A DNA stretch of 64,000 bases from Sedimentisphaeraceae bacterium JB056 (GCA_044440125.1 JBITAJ010000022.1:64001-128000); one strand, 5' to 3'. Counted from the stretch's first letter, positions 20,310 to 30,022 are shown. Numbers and translations: made by a program. Notes: generated by a model from the sequence alone, not told the origin.

Positions 20310-21767
20310 TTAAATAGACTTGTTCGGGTTTGCCTCTCGGAAAGCCGTCACCAGCTCTCTGGTAGGCTTTTCTGTTATTATTTTGTCATAAAGTTCTTTA
20401 GTACTCAATGTATCGCCCATCTCGACAAGAAGCTCGTCCAACCTTTTATCAAGCTGATCCCGAACATCCGCATATTCAGATCTTTCAGCAAGATTATTAA
20501 GCTGATAAGGGTCATAACAATTATCATAAAGAAGCCACGGTGTACCATCTTCGTAACGTGAATAAGTATACCTGTGGGTCTTCACTCCACGCCAGGTATC
20601 TGTTCCGTTAGCCAGCGATGTATTACACAAATGGGTCATATTCATCAGCGGCACAGCATCGCGATAGCCGCTGCCTTTACCGGTTAATGCTTTACTCATA
20701 TCTATCCCGTCAACTTCTGGGCAATCGACATCTGCCAGGCCCAGCAAAGTAGGCATTATATCTACGGGAGTAAACAGTTCATCAGTGATCTTGCCCGCCG
20801 GAACGTAATTTGGGAATCTTACTATGAACGGAATTGAAATCGCCTCCTCAAAAGGTGTACACTTGCCATAGAAGCCGTGTGAACCAAGAACGTCTCCATG
20901 GTCGGAAGTGAACACAAAAATCGTATTATCAAAAACGCCTTCTTTCTTAAGCGACTCAATCAAATCGCCAACATATTCATCCAAGGCCAAAATAGCCGCC
21001 AGATAACCTACTGTTGATTCATAAATTATTTTATCATCGCTAAGCCATTGCCGTATCTCATCACGAATATGACCGTATGAAGATGGAGCTGTTATTCGCC
21101 TGCTTTTTGAAAGCTCATCAGCCGCTGTGCGATCAGCAACATTAGGCCGAAGCTTTATTTCTTTTGATTTCACCTGATCAACATACTTTTGGGGAGCTAT
21201 ATAAGGATCGTGCGGCGGCCCCCAGGATAAAAACAAAGCAAAAGGCTCTTCATCTTCTCTTTGGCTGATATAGTCACAGGCAGCTTTGGTCTGCGTTTGA
21301 GCATCATACCCTTCCCAGAAACGAGGCCGTTTGGAATCATCTGAATAATACTGAGAACTGAAATAGTCGTGAGTGCATTCTATTGCCTGCCAATGCTTAA
21401 AACCCAACCGTCTTTCTTGCGGTATGTGTTCCAGCCTTCCCCATCCATCTATATGCCACTTGCCGATATATCCGGTATGATATCCGGCTTCATTAAAAGC
21501 CTCCGCAAAAGACGGTACCGATGGCTTCAAATAATGATCATTACATACCATGCCGTTACGCATAGGATATAAGCCTGTCATCAGCATCGCCCTGAAAGGC
21601 GAACAGACAGGGTAAGTACTGACTGCATTACTAAAACGAACCCCATCACCGGCAAGCGAGTCAATATTGGGAGTTTGTATATTCTCACCGCCGTAACAGC
21701 TTAATTCAGAAGCTCTCAACTGATCGGCAAAAACAAAAACAAAATTCGGCTTTTGTGTACTTCTCAT
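20310..21767 (-). CDS. Formylglycine-dependent sulfatase without an obvious signal peptide
   Basis: PNFVFVFADQ, CSPFRAMLMTG, GKWH, PPHDP, SDHGD. Confidence 0.92.
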   Translation of the reverse strand: MRSTQKPNFVFVFADQLRASELSCYGGENIQTPNIDSLAGDGVRFSNAVSTYPVCSPFRAMLMTGLYPMRNGMVCNDHYLKPSVPSFAEAFNEAGYHTGYIGKWHIDGWGRLEHIPQERRLGFKHWQAIECTHDYFSSQYYSDDSKRPRFWEGYDAQTQTKAACDYISQREDEEPFALFLSWGPPHDPYIAPQKYVDQVKSKEIKLRPNVADRTAADELSKSRRITAPSSYGHIRDEIRQWLSDDKIIYESTVGYLAAILALDEYVGDLIESLKKEGVFDNTIFVFTSDHGDVLGSHGFYGKCTPFEEAISIPFIVRFPNYVPAGKITDELFTPVDIMPTLLGLADVDCPEVDGIDMSKALTGKGSGYRDAVPLMNMTHLCNTSLANGTDTWRGVKTHRYTYSRYEDGTPWLLYDNCYDPYQLNNLAERSEYADVRDQLDKRLDELLVEMGDTLSTKELYDKIITEKPTRELVTAFREANPNKSI

Positions 21768-21809
21768 TTTACATTTAATCTCTAAGGCGATACTTCAACA
21801 ATATAAAAT

Positions 21810-21846
21810 GAATAAGCGGACGGCAATCAAAGCCGCCCGCTTATTC
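21810..21846 (-). terminator. Stem-loop / probable terminator
   Basis: GAATAAGCGGACGGC ... GCCGCCCGCTTATTC inverted repeat, followed by ATTTT on the minus strand. Confidence 0.65.
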
Positions 21847-21853
21847 CAAATCA

Positions 21854-22699
21854 TTAAAGTGAACAATCCGGGTCAGCCGGATCCGTACAGCCAAGCCATT
21901 GAGAGGCTATAAGACTATAATCAATCAGATCTACATAACAGTCTGCATTTATATCGCCGGCATACCTTCCCTGTGATCCGCACCCATCTGCTCCAACAAG
22001 AGTCATGGTGTTCCACTGGTCTGGCTGGCTTATAAAATTGCTGCCGTTGCCGAAATCACATAGCAAGCTGTCAACAGAGCTGCCGTCAAAATCAAGCTGC
22101 ATAAGCCCTACACCATGTATATCTCCCGGCAAAGCGGTCATATCTGATTTAATATCACTCCATGCTATAACAGTTTCTATAACATAATTATCAGAAACAT
22201 CGTCAAGGACAGCCTTGACTATATTAGGATCAGAATTGAATGCCCCTGTATGCCTGTAGATATCAGGACCTGCCATATCTACTGTCTCGGCTGTAATGTC
22301 AAATATCCACGCATCAGTCTCAAAAACTGCCGCCGAATCATTGTAAGGATTAAAGCATAGTTGCACAGTATCCTGACCATTATAAGGACCCGGGTAAGTA
22401 TTACGCCACATTAATATATCATCAGTTACATCAAAAGCCATATACAGATTCTCAGTATCCCATTTGAAATAATAAACGCCACTCAAATCTCCTGCTGTGG
22501 GAGTAGTCCCTGTTATTGATGTACCGCTGCCATTTGTCACAAAATCCGCATAACTGACATTAACTGAAAGAGCATCATCCCATTCACCCACACCTATGAC
22601 TCCATCAATAGTAGGAATAGAACCCGCATAGGGTACATTATAATTAACAGCAAGTGCGCTCAGACTACACATCAATATAGTAAATATAATTTTATTCAT
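21854..22699 (-). CDS. Secreted CBM9-like sugar-binding protein with C-terminal dockerin-like motif
   Basis: PTIDGVIGVGEWDDA, WDTENLYMAFDVTDD, YVIETVIAW (CBM9/DOMON-like); DINADCYVDLIDY...QWLGCTDP tail. Confidence 0.75.
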   Translation of the reverse strand: MNKIIFTILMCSLSALAVNYNVPYAGSIPTIDGVIGVGEWDDALSVNVSYADFVTNGSGTSITGTTPTAGDLSGVYYFKWDTENLYMAFDVTDDILMWRNTYPGPYNGQDTVQLCFNPYNDSAAVFETDAWIFDITAETVDMAGPDIYRHTGAFNSDPNIVKAVLDDVSDNYVIETVIAWSDIKSDMTALPGDIHGVGLMQLDFDGSSVDSLLCDFGNGSNFISQPDQWNTMTLVGADGCGSQGRYAGDINADCYVDLIDYSLIASQWLGCTDPADPDCSL

Positions 22700-22725
22700 A
22701 ATAATTTCCTTTATGTTTGAGATTA

Positions 22726-24288
22726 TCAGTTGAGGCTGTCACAACCAGTTACACCTTCTTCTGTACACTTGAGCCATTGCTCAAGCATCATTTCCAGATC
22801 AGCTATACCTACATAGCAATCCTTATTGATATCAGAAGTAAGATAGCCAAAATCACCGCACTGTGCTTCTGTGTTGCCATATATTCTCATCTCATCAATC
22901 CAGCCCCAGAAATATCTCCTGGCACCGCCATCTGCACCTACAAAGTATTTAGCCGTTACATCCGGTAAAGAAGTTACCGCAGCGGTGATGGATGCCTTTG
23001 GTATGCCGTCTTCATGAATAGTCATCGCGCCATTATCAAACGTGAATTTGTAATGATGCCAGTTACCGTCAGTTGCGATGTATGTATATGCAAGATTATT
23101 AGTAGAATCGGCATAGAAACGCAATTGTATATTCGTATCCGAAATCTGCAAATACATCTTAACAGCATTGTTTGCGGCAAACAGCCACAGAGCACCAGTT
23201 AACACCTGATTTTCGCCGGGGATAATTCCCGGATTGGCCTTGAGCCAGAATTCCATATTGAATAAAGATGTGTCAATCATTGGAACCGTTTGCGATACGG
23301 CATAAGCACCCATTCCATCCAATTCAAGGCACTGTCCGAAATCAGCATTATCCGCTGGGTAATCAGCTGGAGTTACCAATGCTGCACCAGTCATAAGCGA
23401 CAAATCATAATCTCTTGCCATATTATCGGCAGAGTTATCATCAGGAGTGATTCCTCCAGACTCCTGATCAAAATGCCAGAGACCGTAAGTACCTACTACT
23501 GTATCAGAAGCAGGCATCTCAAAGTCAAGAACAATATCAGGCCTTGTGATATGAACACAATCCAGTGCACCATTGAAAGAGCGACGAGCCCCGTTCTCAG
23601 ATGCAAGAGTTATATAACCGTTTGTATTTTTAAGTACCTTACCGGAAAAATCAGCTGATGCAGAATTATCAAAAGTACCGTCAAGACTTTTAACCGTAAG
23701 AGACTGGTGACCATTCTCATCAAATTCAGCAGTAACATAAAGCCATTGCCCCATATAACCGGCAACATTAATATCACGATTGCCTGAGTTGCTCCCATCG
23801 CTGAAATAAGAGGTAAAACGTATCGTACTCCCCTGTGTCCATACGCGCCACGCATCTGTCATTGCGACAAACTGCAGGCCGTCAAGATCGTTGTACTTGA
23901 CCCACATTTCCAGCTTGAAGTAAGGCCAGTTGCCCCATGCGCTGCCAGTTCTCGTCTTTGCCCATATGTTTGGCTTATCAGCATCACCGCAAGTTGAGTT
24001 ATCTGCAAACGACATCGCCTGACCAAAATCAACGGTAGGCCCTGCGATGGTCGTACCCAGAGTAGGCGAAGCACTGTTTGTATTATCATACAGCATGAGC
24101 CATAGATTATTATCCCCGCTTTCACCTTGCAGTCTTGTAGAAGTAGCATTGGCAACAATAGTATCCATCTGCCATAAATCCACTGTTTTAGGAGTCAGCA
24201 CTCCAGGCCCATCAAAATCGGCAAACAGATTACCGCAGAAGGTAACCAACATTGTCAAAACAAGAGTTTTACACACTATTTTTTTCAT
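22726..24288 (-). CDS. Secreted protein with two LamG/ConA-like domains and a C-terminal dockerin-like motif
   Basis: Two repeats of LWxxD ... ExW ... WxxV/WHH ... FxGxxDxxxI; DINKDCYVGIADL...QWLKC tail; AAGGAG RBS. Confidence 0.75.
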   Translation of the reverse strand: MKKIVCKTLVLTMLVTFCGNLFADFDGPGVLTPKTVDLWQMDTIVANATSTRLQGESGDNNLWLMLYDNTNSASPTLGTTIAGPTVDFGQAMSFADNSTCGDADKPNIWAKTRTGSAWGNWPYFKLEMWVKYNDLDGLQFVAMTDAWRVWTQGSTIRFTSYFSDGSNSGNRDINVAGYMGQWLYVTAEFDENGHQSLTVKSLDGTFDNSASADFSGKVLKNTNGYITLASENGARRSFNGALDCVHITRPDIVLDFEMPASDTVVGTYGLWHFDQESGGITPDDNSADNMARDYDLSLMTGAALVTPADYPADNADFGQCLELDGMGAYAVSQTVPMIDTSLFNMEFWLKANPGIIPGENQVLTGALWLFAANNAVKMYLQISDTNIQLRFYADSTNNLAYTYIATDGNWHHYKFTFDNGAMTIHEDGIPKASITAAVTSLPDVTAKYFVGADGGARRYFWGWIDEMRIYGNTEAQCGDFGYLTSDINKDCYVGIADLEMMLEQWLKCTEEGVTGCDSLN

Positions 24289-24332
24289 AATTACTCCTTG
24301 AAAAAAGTTAAAACATTATTTTCAGTTTAAGT

Positions 24333-26912
24333 TTAATAATTGAAATCAAGTAACAATCCATTACCATCGGGATCTTCAATGTTTATTGAAACATCCCCGT
24401 TAGTATCGTTCCAGAGATAATTTCCGCTATATGTCCTTGATATATTCAGGCCATAGGTTGAATTATCAAGCTTAGGATCGGAACCATCACGGTACATTTT
24501 AAGATTTCTGCCGCCTAATGTAACAAACTCAACCTCATTGGCTCCGTTAGCCTGCAAGGTAAGATTCTTGACAGCAGTCTGGAAATCAGCGAAACTGTTA
24601 TAGCTGCTTGCTTTTGCTGTCTGAAACGCACATATTGTTGTATTATCATCAAATTTAACCAGCATAGGATCGCCGTAACCCGGCACTGACTTGCTTACAT
24701 CTATATCATAAAAAGTACTCGAAGTAGCATCCACTGCTTTTAAGGCAACATAAACACTGCTGTCAGAATTCTTACTGAACAGCCAGTAATTTGTACTCGA
24801 ATCAGGCTCAACCCTGTTAGCCCTGAAATCATGCGACATAAAGCAGTACAAATCATAGTTAGCCGCTGTCACCTGCCTCTTTATAAGCATCGCCGCACCA
24901 TACTGCATTGCATTGAGATCTCTGTGGTCTGATGTTGTAGTATCATCAGGATACCTCGTTTGGAAATATACACGGCTGTAAGTAGGGTTCGCCCTGCACA
25001 CCATTCCCATCCATTGATTCTGAGTATTCAAAAGCACATACTTACTATTACCACCATCCTCATCGATTAAGAAGGACCCGAAAACGTATTTATCCGTACC
25101 ATAAGTATGCCTGCGTATATCCTGTGGAAAATCGAAATAATAAACCGGCACATCATACTCCACATAATGGGAACCAGCGGCGAAACGCCTTGAAACATGC
25201 CAGAAAGATCTGTCATCATAATCAGTTGCCAAGTTTTTCACAACATCAGGCATTATATAATTTGACATACATGTGCCGACAACCGTTCGGCTCGGTGTTC
25301 CCATAGAAGTTGGTGTATTCGCAAGAATGTGTGTCCACCATCTCAAATAATCCTTTGTACCATCATAAGAATAAGCACTCTTGTATGATCTGGTCTTTCC
25401 GCCGCCGCGTACACCTTCAAAAGACTCACAACCGGCATCAGCAAGTACAAGGCTTATATAAGTATCAGCCAGATCTCTCAGCACAATATCTTCACACAAG
25501 TCACGTATATTAAATATAGATTCCAGTGTTATCGATATGTATCCGGGACTTCCAATTTCAGGATCAAGGCCATAACCGGCCATCCGCTGAATTTTCCTCT
25601 TCATGTGAGCATTCCAGCCGTCATAATGTTCCTGAGCAGTGTAATTATCATCATAAATATTCTGGCCGGTTGACTTGAAATACTGAGAAGCTGTCAGAAA
25701 AACCGTCTTCCTCAGCCAGTCATGATTCATGCTGTTGTGAATATCATAGATATAAATATCGTTAGTGCTCGTATCAGAATAGAAATCACGCTCTGTCACA
25801 AAATCTATCAGAACATTCTCGATTGAAGTTTTAGCTGCGGAAGTCAGCTGGCTTCTCATATAATTATTTGACAGTATCCTGCAAAGATTAGGCAAAGCCC
25901 AATAGAGAGTCGGCAGCTCACCCTCATCTACTGGTGTTTGAGGAATCTGATCAAACTTGCTCGAATTATCCATATCATCAAGACGCTGATTAACCAGATC
26001 AATATCCGCCTGACTGACATCTGCATGTTCGATGCCAAGCCAAAGCGTAGAAGCACACCACTTAGCAGTCTCTTGAGCGGCAACATTGTTGGGGTCAACA
26101 TTCATGTGAGCAAATCGTAAAAGTACATTTTGTCTTGCAAGCTGAGCAGCCGACTGCTGCTGTTGACAATCAGATATTCTCAAACAATCCATTGCACCAT
26201 TAAATGCACGCCTGACACCCTTTTCTGATGCAATGTATATATAGCCATCAGTTTCTTTAAGTAACTTAGAAGTATGTGTTGCCGAACTACTCTGATCAAA
26301 CAATCCATCAGCACTCACAACAGAAAGCGTTTGGTTTCCATCCTGATCAAAAACAGCAGTAACATAAAGCCACTCATTCAGATGTCCGTTAATACTAACA
26401 TCAAGATTGCCTGATGATGTTGTATCATCAAAATATAAAGTATATCGAAGCAGCGTACCTTGAGTCCATATCCTCCAGGAATCTGTCATGGCAACAAACT
26501 GCAAGCTGTCAAAATCTCCAAACTTCAGCCACATTTCTACTTTAACATAACGATTGTCAGACCATGCTGATGTTGTTCTCGTTTTTCCCCATATATTAGG
26601 TCTGTCATTGTCGCCGCAAGTAGCATTAGCGGCAAATGAGATTGCATCGTCAAAAGAACCTGCTGGCCCGGAAATAAGTGAACCAATACTAGGTGAATCA
26701 TTACCCTGATCGTCTTTCAGTATAAAGATCATATTGCTGTTGGTGCTCTCACTTTCCAGCTTAGACTGGCTTGCATCTCTCACTATACTGTCCATCTGCC
26801 ACATATCGAGTGTTCTGTAATCCATTATTCCTGGATCAGAATAATCAGCAAAAGATGCGCCGATAACTGAAAAGACAGTAACAATAACCAAGAAATAAAA
26901 TTTCTTTTCCAT
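24333..26912 (-). CDS. Secreted LamG-like domain fused to a lyase-like paralog-family domain
   Basis: N-terminal ~230 aa colinear with the first domain of 22726-24288; then YWALPNL, SMNH, EIGSPGY, GVRGGGKTRSYK, TQNQWMG; AAGGAG RBS. Confidence 0.7.
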   Translation of the reverse strand: MEKKFYFLVIVTVFSVIGASFADYSDPGIMDYRTLDMWQMDSIVRDASQSKLESESTNSNMIFILKDDQGNDSPSIGSLISGPAGSFDDAISFAANATCGDNDRPNIWGKTRTTSAWSDNRYVKVEMWLKFGDFDSLQFVAMTDSWRIWTQGTLLRYTLYFDDTTSSGNLDVSINGHLNEWLYVTAVFDQDGNQTLSVVSADGLFDQSSSATHTSKLLKETDGYIYIASEKGVRRAFNGAMDCLRISDCQQQQSAAQLARQNVLLRFAHMNVDPNNVAAQETAKWCASTLWLGIEHADVSQADIDLVNQRLDDMDNSSKFDQIPQTPVDEGELPTLYWALPNLCRILSNNYMRSQLTSAAKTSIENVLIDFVTERDFYSDTSTNDIYIYDIHNSMNHDWLRKTVFLTASQYFKSTGQNIYDDNYTAQEHYDGWNAHMKRKIQRMAGYGLDPEIGSPGYISITLESIFNIRDLCEDIVLRDLADTYISLVLADAGCESFEGVRGGGKTRSYKSAYSYDGTKDYLRWWTHILANTPTSMGTPSRTVVGTCMSNYIMPDVVKNLATDYDDRSFWHVSRRFAAGSHYVEYDVPVYYFDFPQDIRRHTYGTDKYVFGSFLIDEDGGNSKYVLLNTQNQWMGMVCRANPTYSRVYFQTRYPDDTTTSDHRDLNAMQYGAAMLIKRQVTAANYDLYCFMSHDFRANRVEPDSSTNYWLFSKNSDSSVYVALKAVDATSSTFYDIDVSKSVPGYGDPMLVKFDDNTTICAFQTAKASSYNSFADFQTAVKNLTLQANGANEVEFVTLGGRNLKMYRDGSDPKLDNSTYGLNISRTYSGNYLWNDTNGDVSINIEDPDGNGLLLDFNY

Positions 26913-26945
26913 AAAAAGCTCCTTAAAAAACCAAACTTAACGTTA

Positions 26946-27770
26946 TTATTTCACATAAAAACCTCTCGTCGAAGCGCCGCTTGGGTGGAAAGAGGTACCA
27001 ACATGATCTTCCCACGGAAATTGTCCATCAACACACACGTTTACCGGCTCAACATGCATATCTCCCATAAGCATATTACAGTTTTTACCATGGTTTGGAG
27101 CCGGACCTGAATAACTGGTCTTTGAAATTGATGCCGGTGATTTTCCTCCGGCATATCCATACTTAAAAGCTTTTGGATGAGGCCCTTCAAACATCATAAC
27201 CTGTCCGCCGCCACCGCCAATACCTTCATATTTTTCACCGCTGATACAGCATAGAAGAGGTAAAGATGCGGCATTTTTCATATCATACGTTTTTCTTTCG
27301 ACATACTCTGAAATATTAGCATCTTTTGTCGGAGCCCAACCATAGAAGTAAAACTTGTTATAACCATAGCTGCCAACAGCGCCTTTGCCTCTTTCTGTTG
27401 TCTCACCGTCACTTGAATAAAGAACCTTAGGCTGAGATGGGCATGAAAACATTTCAAAATTCCATATATTAGCCTTATCATCACGATTCATATCATAATA
27501 TGGAGCAAGCTTGTAAGGCAGACGAGTATAAGGAGCATCAGAGCCATGAGTTTCGTCCCAATACGCTCTTGGAAGCTTGCCGTCCCAATCCTGTGAATAC
27601 AAATTAAGCGTCAACCCAATATCTTTCTGCTGGGTTGCACCTAAGAGAGCCTTGGCCTGTTCCTTCGCTTTACCTAAAGCAGGCACCATAATAGCCATAA
27701 GTACTGCTATTATCGATATAACAACTAAAAGCTCAATTAGAGTAAAACCGTTATTTTTTTTCTTATTCAT
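26946..27770 (-). CDS. Prepilin-type N-terminal cleavage/methylation protein (pseudopilin) with H-X9-DG-like C-terminus
   Basis: NG/FTLIELLVVISIIAVLMAIMVPAL, CPS, NHGKNCNMLMGDMHV; AGGAG RBS supports the ATG at 27770 rather than 27845. Confidence 0.9.
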   Translation of the reverse strand: MNKKKNNGFTLIELLVVISIIAVLMAIMVPALGKAKEQAKALLGATQQKDIGLTLNLYSQDWDGKLPRAYWDETHGSDAPYTRLPYKLAPYYDMNRDDKANIWNFEMFSCPSQPKVLYSSDGETTERGKGAVGSYGYNKFYFYGWAPTKDANISEYVERKTYDMKNAASLPLLCCISGEKYEGIGGGGGQVMMFEGPHPKAFKYGYAGGKSPASISKTSYSGPAPNHGKNCNMLMGDMHVEPVNVCVDGQFPWEDHVGTSFHPSGASTRGFYVK

Positions 27771-27813
27771 AGCATCTCCTAAAAACATACTTATTAAATT
27801 CATATAGATTAAT

Positions 27814-28875
27814 TCAATCAACCATAGCACGAAGTGTCTCAACACAAGCAGTGTTATCAGGGTCGGTGCAGAGCTGCCATTGGGCTGCCATTACAACAAA
27901 ATCCTGTATATTAATCATGCAATCATTATTGAGATCAATGGGGTGTACCTTGCAAGTAGGAATCACATCATCAAAGGCAGTCCCGTATCTTACGTTGTCA
28001 AAAACTAAATTCAAACTCACATTCTGTTTCAACCTGTATACCCCGCAACGAACATCAAATCGATCCGTCATTCCCGTAAGAAGAGTTGATGGCGGCAAAT
28101 CAGTATCTGGCGTAGTACCCCATGGATAAGAACTATGAGCAGTAGGATATTCTTCACGAGTCTCATTGATCCAGACAGTAAAATTTGCTTGTTCACTGCT
28201 GTACCTGTGCTGAGGCTCAAGTCGCATTATAACCGTGTTCCAACCATAATTGAACGGGCCGGTTGCAACCAAGGTCGATTGCCCGGGATAAGTACCGTCA
28301 CCGAGAGGCACACCTTCATTTTTCAACTTGATCGTCCACCCGAAACCACCTTCATATTCAACAAGACTCATCCACATAGGCACAACACTTACATTCGAAG
28401 TCTCCAGATCGACAACAGGTCTCTGCCAGCATTGGGAAATATGAGTCCATTCAGTAGGAATAGGATTGGCAGGGTCAATATAAATTGCATACCCGAAATA
28501 TCTTATTTGTCCAAACTGCAAGGCAAGGTCGCCTTCGCCGTGTACAGGCCGCATCTCAAATCTGTCCCTGTCAGAGACCGGCAGTATTTCAGTAGGCTCA
28601 ATAAATATATCCAGGCCGTAACTGCTATTTAGACCGGCTCCTTCTTTAAGCTGCGGCACACCATTTGGATCGCTCTGAAGCGTATCAACAATGAAATCAA
28701 AAGTGTAATCGGGGTCAGCATCCCTCAAAAGCCAGTACATCCTGAAGTCCCCGCTTGCACTGTGAGGCTTGAGTGTAGAAGGCGGCTCGAAATCGAGATT
28801 CACCAATTGCTCGCCCATTGCAATGCAAATGGGCAGCAGGATTAAAAATAATATTGTGAAGTTTTTATATTTCAT
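27814..28875 (-). CDS. Secreted beta-jelly-roll polysaccharide lyase-like protein with C-terminal dockerin-like motif
   Basis: Signal peptide from MKYKNF; DRFE, FGQIRYFGYA, HISQCWQ, RCGVYR, FDNVRY; paralog of 15522-16319; DLNNDCMINIQDF...QW tail. Confidence 0.65.
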   Translation of the reverse strand: MKYKNFTILFLILLPICIAMGEQLVNLDFEPPSTLKPHSASGDFRMYWLLRDADPDYTFDFIVDTLQSDPNGVPQLKEGAGLNSSYGLDIFIEPTEILPVSDRDRFEMRPVHGEGDLALQFGQIRYFGYAIYIDPANPIPTEWTHISQCWQRPVVDLETSNVSVVPMWMSLVEYEGGFGWTIKLKNEGVPLGDGTYPGQSTLVATGPFNYGWNTVIMRLEPQHRYSSEQANFTVWINETREEYPTAHSSYPWGTTPDTDLPPSTLLTGMTDRFDVRCGVYRLKQNVSLNLVFDNVRYGTAFDDVIPTCKVHPIDLNNDCMINIQDFVVMAAQWQLCTDPDNTACVETLRAMVD

Positions 28876-28888
28876 TCTTTTAGCGCCA

Positions 28889-30022
28889 TTAAACTGCACA
28901 TGCGGCAGCGGATGTTGAAGCATCGACATGAATCTCTTCGAAATTGCCAAATTTTATCCTGACAATAGTCGAAGTATCTTCATTCATACCTGAAAGCAGA
29001 TTTGTTATTTTCTGCAAAGCAAGCTCCCCAATCTTTTTCAAAGGATTTACACATGTCAGAAAGTGAACCCGTTGAGCAAGAGGAGCAAGGAAATTATTAT
29101 CGGCCATTGTCGTAGCGATCACTACATTAAGCCTCGAAAAGTTTTTTACAACACGTTCAAAATCCGCTTCCATCATAGCCTGAAAACAAGTTGTATTAGC
29201 CAGAAATACGCCACTATGATCTTCCAGAGCTTCAATAGCCTCTATAAAGGTATCTCGATATTTAATCTCAGAATGCTCAACAGCCACTAAATTAAAATTA
29301 CTGTATCCGCCTTCTAATAATGTCATTTTTAGACTGTTAATACCGCCTCTATGTCCGCCACTATGGATTCCACCATCTCTTATCATCCAGGGCTCCACGA
29401 ACTGAACTACTTTAGGTGTCTTGCAGTCAAGAAAATGCCTACCAACCTTCACTGCATTCCAGGCCTCATCACTTTCCACTGTAGGCAGGTCTAAATCAAC
29501 TCGCGAGTGACTGGTTATAACTAAAGGAATTTCACGGCTTAATTTTTTCATACACTCTATCCTGTCATCTTCAGGATAAAGCCAGATTATTCCTTTGTAA
29601 TCATGAGAATACACCTGCTCAAGAATTTCTTCACTGGATGTAAAGTCGGTATCGGGCCTCAGAAGATCAACTACTGTTTTTTCATTAACTGATGAATAAA
29701 CACCGGAAATCGTCCTTGGATGCCGAAGCTCAGGGCATGATCCGCTGAATCTGAAAGCATCGGCAACTGCCACCCGGATTGATGTATTGTTTCCACTAAC
29801 GTAAATCCCGCCACCCTGTTCTGTTTCAAGCACGCCGCTGTCAACCAGAGTATTGATGGCTTTGCGAACCGAATAATTTGCAAGCCCGGTTTGCAAACAC
29901 ATTTCAGATAAGGTTGGAAGTTTGTTACCTTGAGCCAATCTCCCATCATTAACCATATTCATGATTTCGTTAGCAAAAACCTGATGATCAACTTTAGTTT
30001 GTGTTGTTAAATGCGAAAACAT
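28889..30022 (-). CDS. GntR-family wHTH regulator with LacI/periplasmic-binding-like sensor domain
   Basis: KLPTLSEMC...SVRKAINTLVDSGVLETEQGGGIYV wHTH; C-terminal PLKKIGELA LacI-like segment; first gene of the locus. Confidence 0.8.
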   Translation of the reverse strand: MFSHLTTQTKVDHQVFANEIMNMVNDGRLAQGNKLPTLSEMCLQTGLANYSVRKAINTLVDSGVLETEQGGGIYVSGNNTSIRVAVADAFRFSGSCPELRHPRTISGVYSSVNEKTVVDLLRPDTDFTSSEEILEQVYSHDYKGIIWLYPEDDRIECMKKLSREIPLVITSHSRVDLDLPTVESDEAWNAVKVGRHFLDCKTPKVVQFVEPWMIRDGGIHSGGHRGGINSLKMTLLEGGYSNFNLVAVEHSEIKYRDTFIEAIEALEDHSGVFLANTTCFQAMMEADFERVVKNFSRLNVVIATTMADNNFLAPLAQRVHFLTCVNPLKKIGELALQKITNLLSGMNEDTSTIVRIKFGNFEEIHVDASTSAAACAV

